DNA from: Felis catus | Lineage: Eukaryota | Direction: 5' to 3' | Length of the DNA stretch: 64,000 nt | NCBI RefSeq assembly: GCF_018350175.1 | Contig: NC_058373.1 | Span: 117,926,001 to 117,990,000 of the forward strand | Shown here: piece after piece, positions 1 to 14,037 of the stretch | How the letters are laid out: each line of letters starts with the position of its first letter | Numbering within the stretch: the stretch's first letter is position 1 | Position numbers and translations under genes: made by a program | Notes under the pieces: model-generated | What the model was told of the DNA's origin: nothing | The model's input: only the letters and a program-made list of their open reading frames with translations | Database searches by the model: none

Positions 1-319
1 GTGTATAAACACAACTGAGGAATGGCCCTGCCCTCCAGGGATCTGCTATGTAAAAGTCTTAGGTGCCCTTTCAGCTCTAAAATAACACTTAGCAATTCTT
101 TTAATATAAAGAAGTATTTGTGACAGCATTTATACCCATCTTCTCTTTGTTCTGTGTGAACATACGCATGGAAAGGTATCTGAAATGAAGTTCATCTAAT
201 GGATTTGGTCCATTTTTGCTCTCACCTTGTTATTTTTTTGTGTTGCTTGAATTTTTACTAACAAATATACATTTCCATTAAACCAATGAAGTGATTTTTT
301 AAATACTGCTAAAACAATA

Positions 320-324
<5 letters not shown>

Positions 325-367
<43 letters not shown>
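325..367. repeat. (TG)n microsatellite
   Basis: Direct reading. Confidence 0.95.
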
Positions 368-370
<3 letters not shown>

Positions 371-426
371 AAGAAAGAAATGTATGTCATCACTAACTGG
401 ATATTTTATAATATTAATAAATTGTT

Positions 427-630
427 GGGGTGCCTGGGTGGCTCAGTCAGTTAAGCATCCAACTTCGGCTCAGGTCATGATCTCGGGTTCCTGGGTTCAA
501 GCCCCGCATTGGGCTCCGTGCTGACAGCTCAGAGCCTGGAGCCTGCTTCAGATTCTGTGTCTCCTTCTTTCTCTGCCCCTCCCCTGCTCAGGCTCTGTCT
601 CTCTTTCTCTCAAAAATAAATAAACATTGA
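427..630 (+). mobile_element. CAN-SINE (SINEC_Fc-like)
   Basis: GGGGTGCCTGGGTGGCTCAGTCAGTTAAGC head, CT-rich body, AAAAATAAATAAAC tail. Confidence 0.9.
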
Positions 631-2899
631 ACAAAATTTTTTTTAACTCGGATGAGATTGTAACTGTATTTTCTAAAAGAATCTTTATTTTTACAGGTAC
701 ATACTGAAATTTTTACAGATAAAATAAATGATGTCTGGGATTTATTTCAAAATAAATAAATCCTGGTGTGGAAGGGTAGGGATATTTCCCAAAAGCTAAG
801 ATAAGCCCCCAGCTGGCAACCTTCTTGCCTGAGCATTTCCCCATCTTTGGCTAACTCTTCCCTTTGACTATCATAGTCTAACTTCGTTTGTCCTCTGTGG
901 CTTCCTTCCACCCCCACACCATTCCCCAAAACCTTCTAGAATCACCCATCAAGTCTGTTGGTATATTCAGGTGCCCAGGCCATTCTATCTGACCTTACCC
1001 TTGCCAGAGGACAGAAGGTATGGGCCTCAGAAATACTCCCACACACCACTGTTCAAAGTCAACTACCATCAGATTCTGTTCGCTCTAGAGACAGAACAGC
1101 TTGACCGGTGGGGTGGGAGGCACCTTTCATTTATTCATTCAACAAATACTTGTCAATCACCCACTTTGTGCCAGGCACTGAGTCAGGTGCTGGAGAATGA
1201 GTGGTAAACAAGACAAAATTGACACCTTCACGGAGTTTTCATGCTAGACAAGGAGCCACTTTAGATGTATCCTTCCCAACCCTCCAAGACTTAGGGTCAG
1301 GAGTACATTTTCCAAGACATCCCTGAATCACCTGGGATATTGTCCAAAATAAGGAAAGACATGATCTGATGCCAAGACAGAGGAAACCACCCAACTCCCT
1401 ACCCCAATCCAATTTCCCAGTTCATGGGACACAAAGACCAAAATGGTAAAGACTACCAGGTGAGTAAATGATGTCAGACAATAGGGCAACCAGGCCGCAA
1501 TGTTCCAGGCCCACTGGTGTCATATTCGTATCAGAATTTTTGTAACCTTTGCTGCCACTTTGGCAAAAGTTTCTCATCCACTTTTGAGGTTAAAATAAGT
1601 AAAACTTGAATAGCATGCATGAGTGTAGCAGTTTTTAAAAACAAAACTTCCCTGCCAGGGATGACTTATACAATCTATATAACCACGGGCCTCCTATGTA
1701 AGTGCTTGGTCATGGGAAAATGTTTAGCATTGTTCAGCGGTCACTTATACCGGCACTTGGTCACAAGGACTTCCAAATCAAATTTCTAAGCAAAAAAAGT
1801 TCCATTTGGAAAACTACATTTTCCAATTTTCTTGCTTTATCATGACAATGGAAATAGAGTGTCATGAGTAAGTGTTTTAATTTATTCATCAAGATATAGG
1901 ATCTATTCTCATATTAGTTGTGGATTTACCATTGTTCTAATAAAAATGCGTGCTTTACACAGTTTTCTCCATTGACTCTAAGCTCCAAAGGGCAAAAACC
2001 ATCTCAGTCCTACTCTTGTATTACAACCAGCACCTACCATGTTGCCTGGCATATAGTTAATGCTAGTAAATATTTCTTGAATTGAATCCAAACATGCTTT
2101 TTTAAATGATTTTTTTTTTATTATTTTAAACTCAATGGCACAGCCCGGAGATAGTTCCCTGTGCCTATGGATCAACCAGTTTGCCATCCAGGTCCCAACA
2201 AGACCCTCTAGACAGTTTCCTAATCTCCTCCCTGGATGGAGGTCCAACAGGGGCAGGCCCAACAATGCCCCGGCCTATTGGACATTTCTACCTGGATGTC
2301 AAATCAGCATCTCAAGCCAACCAAGGGCAACACTGAGCCCACACACACCCGCCTCCACTCTCTCACCATCTTACCAATCCCATTCTTCTACGTGTTCGAG
2401 CCAAAAACCTTAGAGTCACCCATGATGCTTCTTGTTGTCAGACCCTACTTCCAATTTCTTTGCAAATGCTGTCATCCTTATCTATGAAATGTATTCAAGA
2501 TCCAGTCACTTCCCACAACCTTTACAATTACCACCCTGCTCCCACCCACTGCCTCCTTACTTGTCCCCTATTTGGCCCCTGCTTTTCTCCATTTACTCTC
2601 AACTCAGTAGCCAGGGTGACACTATAAACATCCTCCAGTGGGTTCCCAATACCAAAGAGAAGCCAAAGTCCTCATACTACCCTCCCTCTGTCTTGCCCTG
2701 CTCCAGCCACACTGGCCTTCTTGCCACCCTTCAAAACATCACCCATGATTCGCACTTGCTACTCCCTCTGCCTTGAATCTGCTTCTCCCAGATGACCCTC
2801 AAATGACACTCTTCAGTGGCCACCTTATTTTAAACTGTCTTCCCCCAACATCCCCTGTCCCAACTCCCTGCTTTGGTGGCCTTCATTTACCACCATCTC

Positions 2900-3113
2900 A
2901 TTTTTTTTAACGTTTACTTATTTTTGAGAGAGAGAGAGAGAGAGAGAAAGAGTGGGGAGAGGCAGAGAAAGAAAGAGAGGGGGAGAATCTCTAGCAGTCT
3001 CTACACTGTCAGTGCAGAGCATGATGTGGGGCTCGAACTCACGAACCATGAGATCATGACCTGAGCCAAAATCAAGAGTTGGACACTCAACCAACTGAGC
3101 CACTCAGGCGCCC
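2900..3113 (-). mobile_element. CAN-SINE
   Basis: Reverse-complement head (…GAGCCACTCAGGCGCCC), (GA)n body and T-rich tail. Confidence 0.9.
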
Positions 3114-4817
3114 AGCCACCACCTCATTTATTTACTTACTTAGGCCACCATCTGTACGCCCCACTAGAATGTAAGCTCTAGGAAGGCAAGGATTTCACCC
3201 ATTTTGCTCATTGCTTTATGTCCATCACCCAAAATAGTACTGAGTGCTCAATAAATATTTGCATTAACAATCTCAGGATACATGGAAATATTCTTATCTC
3301 TCCATTATGGAGGGAAGATCACAGAATCCTCTGAAAGACGTATGATTCAATTCATAACAAAATATAGATAGACTTCAGGCCTTTCTCAAACAAATATGCT
3401 CTAATGCATTTCGACAAGGAAGGAAATCTCATTTCATTTTTACTCCCTCTCGCCCTTCCTAAGTCAGGGTCCACCTGCCTCCTTCTCAGCCCAAAGCTGG
3501 AAAGCATCCATTCAGAGGACGTAGGAGGAAGTTCAGGTGTCACAGACCCGAAGGCAGTTACTACCCACAAATTGGAGGGTAAGAGAAATGACCGACAAGG
3601 AAAAGAGAAATTAGCACGTAGATGAGAAACACATGTTTAAAATCCCATCCCAGGCCATGAGTCAGCTGAGTGAAGCTGGCACCAGAGTGACAAATTAATT
3701 TCATGACCCTGTTGCTTTCATTTGGTACTGCAGGGGGAAAAAAGCAGATGATATGTAGAAAAAGTTTATGTATGTCTGCCTACATGTCTATATAGAGTGG
3801 TCTGGTAATAAAATGGGTTCCTTTCCAGTGAAATTTGGATATGCATTAGACCACCTACTGTGTGCCTCACACAGTGCAGAGTGCTGGAGACCAAAGTGCT
3901 GGAGGCAGTGAGGAGCTCTAGCAGGTGGAGGTGACTGGCATAGACACAGCTCACCAGAAGTGCCCTTGCTATGTATGGGCTCTGCAAGCATAAACAAAGC
4001 ACTATGGGAGCCACAGGCAGTGGTTCTGCCTGAAGGAGGCGCAGACCTTGAAGGGCAAGTGGAAACTAGAGAGGGTCATCAGGCAGAGGTGTGGGGGTCA
4101 GAGGGGAAGTCCTGGCAGAGAATGTCACACAAAGGCCAGGAGGTTGGAAGTCCCCGTTCTGGCATGACTCAAGCCGAGTCCACGGATCAATGTCAGAATG
4201 AGCTGAATTGTGAACGTCAGGCTAGGTGGTTTGGCAGCCTCCTCCAAGGAGTGTCCCCAGTCCCTCCAGGCAGAATGGATTCCTTCCCTGCTTTGTGTAC
4301 ACACTCCTCAAAGCACATCCCCAGCCCAGGGCATCAGCACAGGGTGTTGGCTGTTCCCTCTGCTTAGAATGCTTTTCTTTTCCCCCAGACACCTGCAAGC
4401 GCCACTCCCTTCAGTCCTGCAGGTTTCTGCTCAATTGTCACCTTGACTGAAGTCATCTCTGAACAAGCGTGCAAGGGGGCAAACTCACACAGGTATACCC
4501 TTTACCTCACTTCATTCTCACCATAGCATTTATACCTGTGCATTTGTCCACTAGAATGTGAGTCTCACAAGGGTAAGGACTTTGTTTTGTTGACTGCTGT
4601 GTCCCCAACACCTACAGTGTGTGGCACATGGTGGGAGTTCAATAAATATTTGATGAATGAATAAAAAGCACCTGTAACACTTGGATGATTTCTGACTATT
4701 TTTATCTGTCCCCACCTGTAAGACTGAAAACTTATTTGAAAGCAAGCATTGTCTTCTCCATTCTCTATCCTAGCACCTCTCACAGAGCTGCATAGAGTTG
4801 GTACTCAGTAAATAACT

Positions 4818-5032
4818 GATGGATGGATGGATGAATGGATGGATGAATGGGTGGATAGGTGGATGAACATACAGATGGACAGATGGGTGGATGGGTGGAT
4901 GGATGGATGGATGGGTGGGTGGATGGATGGACAAATGGATGGGAGGGTGGGTGGGTGGATAGGTGGATGAACAGATGGATGGGAGGGTGGGTGGGCAGAT
5001 GGGTGGATGGATGGATGGGTACATGGATGGAT
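4818..5032. repeat. Degenerate (GGAT/GGGT)n tetranucleotide repeat
   Basis: Direct reading; it explains the His/Pro/Ser-rich ORFs at 4770-5253. Confidence 0.9.
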
Positions 5033-6707
5033 CCTATAATCATTAGGAGCCACTGGTGGTATAAAGGAACTGAACTATGCAGAGCCCTCCCTGTGGGCAA
5101 GGATAGCCTGACATGGGGACAGACTGCAGCTGGAAAGTCAATTGGGAAGCTCCTGCCTGTGTCCTTATGAGCACTAATATTGCCTAGGTAAATGGAGGAG
5201 GAGACAGAGTCCAGAGACACTGCCAAGGTCAAGTTAACAGGACTCAGGGACAAAGTAGGGGTGAAGAGAGACAGGAGCCAAAGATGACTCTGAGATTTTT
5301 ACTCAAATAATAGTGAACACTGAGGAGAATAAGCAGCTTTGGGGAAAGAAGAAGAATTCACTTAGGATATAAGTTTGAAAGAGAATACCCAGGAGAAATG
5401 GAGTAGGCAATAGGATAGTCAGGAGGAAAGAAGATTGAATTGTGAGCACTGGCTGAAGCCATGGGAATTTACTCATTCTTTCTATTTTAAGCACCTTCCA
5501 TGTCCCACGCACTTACTATATACTAGGCACCGTGGATATTACAGTGGCCAAGACAGGCAAGGCCTGTGCTCTCACAGAACTTACATTCCAAGGGGAAAGG
5601 CACACTAAAGACAGGTGAACAAACAAATACGTAAAGATAATTTCTGATGGTTGCATGCACTATGAAAAACACATACCAGGGTAATACACCAGGGCAACTA
5701 TTGCAGGGACAGCATCAAGTGCAGTGCTCAGAGGAGGCCCCTCTGAAGAAGCGGCTTTTGCCACAAGGAGGCAGGGGGCAGGAATGACAAGGAAGTTCCT
5801 TGCTTCATGGCTTCGATTTTCTTAAAGAAGTCAGTGGTGAAATCATCTGTTCAGAGCGAGAGGATGGAGTGGGTTTTCAGGTAAATGGAAAACCTTGGAA
5901 CAAGTGCCGAAGAGAAGAAATGGAAAAGGCTCAGAAAAGAGGTTATGATGGGGCACCGAGGACCTAGCTGAGGGCTGAAACCGTAAATGTGTAAGGGAGC
6001 CTATCAATGCAGAGCGTACACATATTTTACAAATATTATATATCGATGAAGCTTTTTGTCCCTGCAGCTATATTGAAACCAGCATTAAGGCCCTAGGAGT
6101 GATCTGGAATCTCTATCCTTACTTGGGGTGAGATGGGTTTGCCGGAGTGTTTATTTGATCTTAATTAAGTTTGATGGGCTGTGAGGGTTTTCATTACTTG
6201 CTTTGACCAGGCACATTCCCACCGCCGCCACCCCCCGCCCCCACCACCACAGACCCCAGTTGCTTTGGTCTGTGTTCCTGCCATGGCCTCTCCACTCAAG
6301 CCATCCTGCAAATTAATCACCCTCAACGTCCATCCTGCCACACCTTAAATAACTCCCCAGCACCTACAGGATCAGCGCCAAAGTTTTCACACTGATATTT
6401 ATACCAGGTGCTTCACTGCCTGTCCAGCCTTCTCTCTCCCAGCTACCCAGCCATGTACACTGTGCCTTTTTGAACCCCTACCTGCTTTGCATGGACAGAC
6501 CCAGGTTTGTGCCTCGGAGTCTTAGGCAAGTTGCTTAAAGTATTTAGAGTTTTCTCCTCTATAAACTAGTTAACATTATCTGCTTCCCGGGAGGATTAAA
6601 TGAATTAATGTGTGTGCACCACACAGCACAAGACTGCTGAGCAGAGTGTAGGTGTTCAAGATGGAAGCTGGAACTAGTGTAATTATTACTTTAAAAAGCT
6701 GCTTTGT

Positions 6708-6942
6708 GGGGCGCCCGGGTGGCTCAGTCGGTTGGGCACCCGACTTCAGCTCAGGTCATGATCTTGCGGTCCGTGAGTTCAAGCCCCGCGTTGGGCTCTG
6801 GGCTGATGGCTCAGAGCCCGGAGCCTGTTTCCGATTCTGTGTCTCCCTCTCTCTCTGCCCCTCCCCCGTTCATGCTCTGTCTCTCTCTGTCCCCAAAATA
6901 AATAAACGTTAAAAAAAAAAAAAAGAATTAAAAAAAAAAAAA
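6708..6942 (+). mobile_element. CAN-SINE with TSD
   Basis: Full head, body and tail; flanks AAAAGCTGCTTTGT / AAAGGCTGCTTTGT. Confidence 0.92.
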
Positions 6943-7744
6943 GGCTGCTTTGTAATGATGCGGTTATTGTAGCAGCTAGCTCACGGCCACATACACAGAA
7001 GACACTGGGTCCGCGGCCCTTGGCATGGTTACCGTGTTCTCCTTTGGACCTCGTCTCTCGGTTTCCGGTGCGCTCTTCTTTAGGCTTACCTTAAAAGTTA
7101 ACTTGCATCTCAGAGTCTTAGAGTCTTCAACTTATATTGATATTCAACATAGGTCTCGTCCCTCAGCTAGACAGGAAGTTCCTGAAGAACAGAAATTGTT
7201 CTGCTTTTCAGTATCCTCTTCAGCATGAAGCACAGAGCCTTCCACTTCGGGAGGTGCTAAATAATTCTTGGTTGATGTGCCACGCTAAGAGGTTGATTCC
7301 CCTCTTAAAGGGAAGGCTTCTCTCTCCTCAGCTCCCTAGATTCCGCCCACCCATCAAGGCCTCCTTCAGCCTCGCCTCCTCCATGAAGCTGCCCGGTGAA
7401 ACTGATTTCTTCCTTCTCTTCTACCTTCCTTCCCCATGGTTCCCACTATCTTGTCATACTTTGCCTTAGAACTTCTAGACTTTTAGCGAAGGCAAAGCCA
7501 AGGGAGAATGCACACGCAGTCCCCTCACTTCCTCCAGTACTCATTTTACAGGTATATTCTTTTCTAGCTAGACCAGGAGAACTCCAGGCTACACTAAGGG
7601 TCTTTTTCACAAGGAGGAAGCCAAGGTTTGAGGTAGCCAAATACTGCTATTTCAACCATCAGGGCTCCGGACAGCTTTTCATAGGGGTTCTGTCTCCCGT
7701 GGCTTCATGCCGGAAAACATCGGGGCGAAAACAAAAACAAACAC

Positions 7745-8057
7745 TAGAGTACAATGAGCTACCACCTCAGGCCTGTTAGAATGGCTAGGTATCAAAATAA
7801 GTGTTGGCGAGGAGGTGGAGAAAAGGGAACCCGTGTGCACTGTTGGTGGGAATGTAAACTGGTGCAGCCACTGTGGAAAACAGAGTAGAGGTTTCTGAGA
7901 ACATTTAAAATAGAACTACCCTAGGGGTGCCTGGGTGGCTCAGTTGGTTGAGTGGTCCCACTCTTGATTTCGGCTCAGGTCATGATCTCACAGTTTGTGG
8001 GACGGAGCCCTGCATTGGGCTCTGGGCCGTGTGGAGCCTGCTTGGGATTCTCTCTCT

Positions 8058-8091
<34 letters not shown>

Positions 8092-8113
8092 CAAAATAAA
8101 TAAATAAACTTAA

Positions 8114-8148
<35 letters not shown>

Positions 8149-9015
8149 TATATATGTGTGTATATATATATAATTATATATTTTATATATAACATATATA
8201 TTAAATATATATTTATATATTATATATTTTTATATATTTATAAATAAAATAAATAAATATGTATATTTTATATATTTATATATACTTATATATTTATATA
8301 TATATAATATATATATGAAAAAATAGAACTAGTCTATGGTCCAGCAATGCCACTTCTGGGTATTTATCCAAAGCAAATGAAAATACAAACTGCACGCTCC
8401 CATCCACTGCAGCATTATTTACAATAGCCAAAACATGGAAACAACATAAGTGTTTATCAATGGATGAATGGATAACAAAAATGTGGTCTGTATACACACA
8501 CACAAAGGAGTACTACTCCTCCATAAAAAAGAAGGAAATCCTGCCATTTGCCACATGGATGGACCTCAAGGGCATTATGCTAAATGAAGTAAGTCAGACT
8601 GAGAAAGACAAATACTGTATGATCTCACTTATACGTGGAATGAGAGAACAGATGGGTGGTTGCCAGAGGCAGAGGGTAGTGGAGGGTAATAGGTGAAGGT
8701 GTCCAAAAGGTAGAAACTTCTAGTTATAAATAAGTCCTGGTGATAGGAGGTATAGCATGGTGACTGTAGTTAATAATGGTGTATTTGCAAGTTACTAAGA
8801 GAGGAGATTTTAAGAGTTCTCATCACAAGAAGAAAAATCTTTTAAGTATGCGTGGTGATGTCAGACTTATTTCGGTGATCATTTTGCAATACATATAAAT
8901 ATCGAATCACTATGTTATAGTGAAATTATTATATACATAATTAATTATATATTAATTAATATATTGAAATTAATACAATGTTATAGGCTAAATATATCTA
9001 AATTTGAAAAAAAAA
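7745..9015 (+). mobile_element. LINE-1 3' fragment (end of ORF2 plus 3'UTR), interrupted by a SINE and an AT-rich tract
   Basis: Typical L1 motifs (CACTGTTGGTGGGAATGTAAACTGGTGCAGCCACTGTGGAAAACAG). ORF 8460-8696 (KMWSVYT..EYYSSIKKKEILPFATWMDLKGIML) resembles the ORF2 C-terminus. Confidence 0.88.
7924..8318 (+). mobile_element. CAN-SINE with a (TA)-rich expanded tail, nested in the L1
   Basis: SINE head at 7924; AAAATAGAACTA occurs on both sides (about 7907 and 8320). Confidence 0.85.
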
Positions 9016-9044
9016 TTTTTAAATAAATGAGGAAAAAAAACTTA

Positions 9045-9268
9045 TTTTTTTTTAATTTTTTTTCAACATTTATTTATTTTTGAGACAGAGAGAGACAGAG
9101 CATGAACAGGGGAGGGGCAGAGACAGAGGGAGACACAGAATCTGAAACAGGCTCCAGGCTCTGAGCGGTTAGCACAGAGCCTGACGCGGGGCTCAAACTC
9201 ACGGGCCGTGAGATCATGACCTGAGCCGAAGTCGGACGCTTAACCGACCAAGCCACCCAGGCGCCCCC
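9045..9268 (-). mobile_element. CAN-SINE
   Basis: Full reverse-complement element; flanks AAAAAAAACTTATTTT. Confidence 0.92.
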
Positions 9269-9601
9269 AAAAAAACTTATTTTAAGGGAGGCAGGTATAA
9301 GGGAGGAAGGGCTGGAGGACCTGGGTTTCAAGCCCAGTTCTGTGCTTTTCCTAGCTGTGTGAGGCCTGACCACTATCCCAGACCTTGCCAGGTCTCTGCC
9401 ACCATATCTCGACAGTAAGGGAGACCACCAGTGATCTCCAAGGTATTTCCTAGGTCTGCAGTTCTAAGCTCTAGCCTTGCCTATGAGCTGTACTGTTAAG
9501 GGACAAATTGAGTCAAAAGAGCTTTCTCCCTCTCTGGTCATTAGCTGGTAGGGGTACTTTACAATCTTGTCTGATCCTTCTGCCCATTCTCTTATCAGGC
9601 A

Positions 9602-9817
9602 TTTTATTCAATGTTTATTTTTTGAGAGAGAGAGAGAGAGACAGACAGAGCAGAGCAGGAGAGGGGCAGAGAGAGAGGGGGGAGACACAGACTCTGAAGC
9701 AGGCTCCAGGCTCTGAGCTGTCAGCACAGAACCCGATGCGGGCCTCGAACTCATGAACTGTGAGATCGTGACCTCAGCCAAAGTCAACACTCAACTGACT
9801 GAGCCACCCAGGCTCCG
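9602..9817 (-). mobile_element. CAN-SINE
   Basis: Reverse-complement element; flanks CAGGCATTT. Confidence 0.9.
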
Positions 9818-10159
9818 CCAGGCATTTCATTCAATGGACATAAAAATGAGAATGTCACAGGGCAAAGCCTGACTGAACCATTCCCTGTCCCCGTTACGAC
9901 TGTTGAACTTAGGTGACGGATTTATGTTCTTTATACTATTCTGTTTACTTTCCTGTAGGTTTGCTATCTTCCATACTAAAAAGCTAAAATAATTTAAACC
10001 CACCTAATTCCACCCTTTCATGTACTAACTAGATACTCACTTTCTAGATGGATCTCATGAACTACCTCCTCCCCCCAAAAAGGTACTGAATCTTTTTTTT
10101 TAAAGGAACTACATCTGGAAATTATAAGGATTCACCTCACCTTGTAAACAGAGGCATGA

Positions 10160-10425
10160 GGGCCTGGGTGGCTCAGTCGCTAAGCATCTGACTTCGGCCC
10201 AGGTCATGATCTCATGGTCTGTGAGTTCGAGCCCTGCTCTGGGTGTACACAAGCCCCACTTCGGGTTAGCCCCCTTTTCTCTCTCTCTCCCTCTCTCTCT
10301 CCCCCATCTCTCTCTTTCCCTCCAGGGATTCTCTCTCTCTCTCTCCCTCTCTCTCTCTCTCTCTGCCCCTTGCTCACTTGCACCCACTCTCTCTGTCTCT
10401 CAAAACACAAACACAACAAAACAAA
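10160..10425 (+). mobile_element. CAN-SINE with an extended CT-rich body
   Basis: SINE head; flanks AAACAGAGGCATGA / AAACAGAGGCGTGA. Confidence 0.85.
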
Positions 10426-10690
10426 ACAGAGGCGTGAAGAAACAAAGGCACAGTGCGATGTTTGGGGGCAGCCGTGCAGCGCTGAGCCTCCTGCAGGCAC
10501 CAGCTCCGTCACTTTGTAACCGCATCAGCTAGGAAAGGACGGCTACCAGATCCTTGTCTGCTGGAGTGCATTGTTGCCAGGCCTAAAGAAGACCATCTGT
10601 GCCTCCAAAGCACTTGGTCCACATGTAACCCCCCACACACACAGTTAAAGCATCATTACATTTGTTGTTACAGGTGCAGGGCTACAAGAA

Positions 10691-10842
10691 CAGTGGTTCT
10701 CAAGCTTTAGGAGGCATAAGAGAGTGCACAGCCTTACCACCGAGATTCTGGTTTGGTGGGTCTACGAGGAGGCCCAGAAGTCTGCCGCCTCATCAGTCAC
10801 ACAGGTGTGCCTCGTGTAGATAGTCCACACCTTGAGAAGCCC
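10691..10842. mobile_element. MER5-like hAT-Charlie DNA transposon remnant
   Basis: CAGTGGTTCTCAA … TTGAGAAGCC termini with a MER5-like interior. Confidence 0.6.
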
Positions 10843-11767
10843 AAAGGAACAGTCTGGAAGAAGCAGCAGGGACAGCAGAGGGGACCAAAGTGCTGCAGAT
10901 GCTACTTGGGAAGAAAATCAATCTCTCCAGAGAATCAAAAACGTCCAGGGTAGGGGATGGGGTGTCAGTGTCTTTAAACTACCAAATGGGACTGGGAATG
11001 ATACGAAGGAGGAAAGCAGTTAAAGGGGAAACTCCATTGTCCCGGCCTTTTCCGGCTCATGCCCTGTCCTTCATGTACATGCTCATATCTTATTTTTATT
11101 TTCTAAATTTTGCCCAGAAAAGTCTCCTCAGAACTCACCTGTCCCGTCCTTCCCAGGGCATCATGCTAAACCTCCCTGTATTTCCAGGGGGAGATTTTTA
11201 GAACGTGAACTGGACCAAGCCACTTCCTAACTTAAAACTTCTGTAACTGCTCACTGCTCATAGGGAAAAATACACATCTCTAAAATTCCCATCAAGTCCT
11301 TTGTGTTCTGGCCCCTCCTGAATTCTTACCATACCATGAGCTCTACTTTCTCTCCTTCTCTGGCTCTCCAGGCACAACAGCCTTCCCTGCTCCTTCTAAT
11401 GTGCCACAGGACCTTTGCGTGTGCCATTTCTCTGCCTGGGATAAAATGTTGCCTCTTCAAGGAAACTTTCCCTCAATACACTAGACCAGAACAGTGTTCC
11501 CTTCCATACTCTCCTCCGTTCTCCTGGCTTTACAACAAAACATAGATCCAAATTTTATTTACATATGTATATGATTAGTGCCCATCTCCCCAACTGGACT
11601 ATAAGCTTTGTAAAGATAGGGTCCATATCGGATATGCATGTCATTGTATATCCAGTGCCATAATAAGTGGTACATTATACTTGTTCTACTACTGTAAGAA
11701 AAATGCCAAGTGCACTGTGGTCTGGAGAGACTTGTGAATAACACAGAGAAACAAGGCATAAGCTGGA

Positions 11768-11950
11768 GGGGTGCCTGGGTGGCTCAGTCAGTTAGGCAAC
11801 CAACTTGATTTCAGTTCAGGTCATGATCTCACGGTTTGTGAGATCAATCCTTCCATCTGGCTCTGCACAAGACAGCACAGAGCCTGACTGGGATTCTCTC
11901 TCCCTCCCTCTCAAAATAAATAAATAAACATTTAAAAAAAAAAAAAAAAA
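11768..11950 (+). mobile_element. CAN-SINE
   Basis: Head and poly-A tail; AAGCTGGA on both flanks. Confidence 0.88.
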
Positions 11951-13244
11951 AGACACAAGCTGGAGACTTTGTGACGTAAATGACAGGCCAGAGTGAAATG
12001 GTGCACTTTCTCCTGGACGTGGGTGACTGAGAATCTTCTCCATTATCACAAGAACAGCGGTCACCAGACACAAGATCTCAGGCTCTCTTAAAAAAAAAAA
12101 AAAAAAAAGCATCTGTCCAGGACTGTCCCCAGAGGATGATGAGAATGTGACTTACCCCTCAGGGAACGTGGGGGCTGGAAAAGAGGCCAGAAATGACTGA
12201 GGACCAACCTTCTCAGTGCCCTTCCTGTCATCTCCCTGGAAATGTATCTTTGTCCCTCAGTAGCAGGACTCAGAGAGAGCAGGGAGGAGAAGGTCACAGA
12301 CAGAAACGATCTTCCTCCCTCCTATCTGGAGCCACAGAAACAGGCGAGCTCAGGTTATCTTTGTGCACGCTTCTTTTCCCCAGAGACGAAGGGGGGGGGG
12401 GGGGGGGGGGAGGTAGGGCAGGCGGGAAGATTTAGAACAGTCAATTCAGAAAACAGGGTGGTTTTCCGCTGGGTCATCAGACCCAGCCCATTCAAGGGCT
12501 GCAAAATGAACTGAAGTTTAGGTTCTCACTAGGCCACTGAGTCCCATCAATTACACCACGTGGAAAAAACTTTGGACAGTTAAAAATAACATAGGGGTCT
12601 GGTGTTTGGAAGATCTGGAGTGTGGAATGCCAGCTTGTCAAGTACAGAGTGCTGCCTACCAAAAGCGTGTGCTAGGAACATGCATACACGCACCCACCGG
12701 GACGGAAGGGCCACAGAAGCGAAAGGCGCCCACCCTGGCAAGAGTGCACAGACCAACTCTTAACGCCACCCACTTTGGTCCGAAGGACTTTCAAGCCCTC
12801 TTCCAGCTGTGGAAGGGGCGGAGCTCACCCAGGAAGGAAGCACCTTCCTCCCCCTTGGAGGAGGCAGCAGAGCCTGGAAACCAGGAGTTCAGTCACCAGT
12901 CACGTCAGAGTCAGTTCACCCCTGTGTGTTGTTCTGCAGCATCTGGGACATTCTTTTTCTTTCTCAGAAGGACCCAATAGCAGCACCGAGTAAGTAGCAT
13001 GCAATAATCCGAACTCCTGGGCAAGACATCCTATAGATAAACCTGTCTCCAAGTCTCCTAGCACATTTCTTCTAATAGTAAAAAAGAATAATCATAATGC
13101 CATAGAGTTCTAGAACTTCTTTGTTCTAAGGAAATCAGAGGCTCTCTTACTTATTATCTCATTTTCCTTAAGATGTCAATGTGGGGAGAAAAAATCAGCT
13201 AGTACATCTTTCCATTTTATGGATAGGAAAACAGGGTCCCTGCA

Positions 13245-14037
13245 GGGACACCTGGGTGGCTGAATCGGTTAAGCGTCTGACTTCGGCTCAGGTCACGATC
13301 TCACAGCTCATGGGTTTGAGCCCTGTGTCGGGCTCTGTGCTGACAGCTCAGAGCCTGGAGCCTGCTTCGGATTCTCTGTCTCCCTCTTCCTCTGTCCCTC
13401 TCACGCTCCGTCTCTCGCTCTTAAAAAAATAAACATCAGGGGCGCCTAGGTGGCTCAGTCGGTTGAGCGTCCGACTTCGGCTCAGGTCACGATCTCACAG
13501 CTCATGGGTTTGAGCCCTGTGTCGGGCTCTGTGCTGACAGCTCAGAGCCTGGAGCCTGCTTCGGATTCTCTGTCTCCCTCTTCCTCTGTCCCTCTCACGC
13601 TCCGTCTCTCGCTCTTAAAAAAATAAACATCAGGGGCGCCTGGGTGGCTCAGTCGGTTGAGCGTCCGACTTCGGCTCAGGTCACGATCTCACAGCTCATG
13701 GGTTTGAGCCCTGTGTCGGGCTCTGTGCTGACAGCTCAGAGCCTGGAGCCTGCTTCGGATTCTCTGTCTCCCTCTTCCTCTGTCCCTCTCACGCTCCGTC
13801 TCTCGCTCTTAAAAAAATAAACATCAGGGGCGCCTAGGTGGCTCAGTCGGTTGAGCGTCCGACTTCGGCTCAGGTCACGATCTCACAGCTCATGGGTTTG
13901 AGCCCTGTGTCGGGCTCTGTGCTGACAGCTCAGAGCCTGGAGCCTGCTTCGGATTCTCTGTCTCCCTCTCTCTGGTCACGCTCTGTCTCTCTCTCTCTCA
14001 AAAATAAATAAACATTTTTAAAAAAATTTTTTAAAGA
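13245..14037 (+). repeat. Four head-to-tail CAN-SINE units (194-bp period) inside one TSD
   Basis: Units start at 13245, 13439, 13633 and 13827. AAAACAGGGTCCCTG at 13228-13242 and 14038-14052. Confidence 0.92.

Noticed and set aside
4770..5253. His/Pro/Ser-rich and Trp/Met-rich ORFs
   Set aside because: Translations of the (GGAT)n repeat.
6652..6912. Recurrent ORFs such as GAWVAQSV…AQSLEPASDSVSPSLS throughout the window
   Set aside because: Translations of CAN-SINE copies, not a gene family.
12391..12410. Long poly-G runs (also at about 23122 and 60764) as G-quadruplex elements
   Set aside because: Simple homopolymers whose lengths are error-prone in assemblies; no functional context.
13245..14037. 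Regular repeat array superficially like a CRISPR or tRNA gene array
   Set aside because: Eukaryotic context, no unique spacers; the units are tRNA-derived SINEs with CT bodies and A tails.
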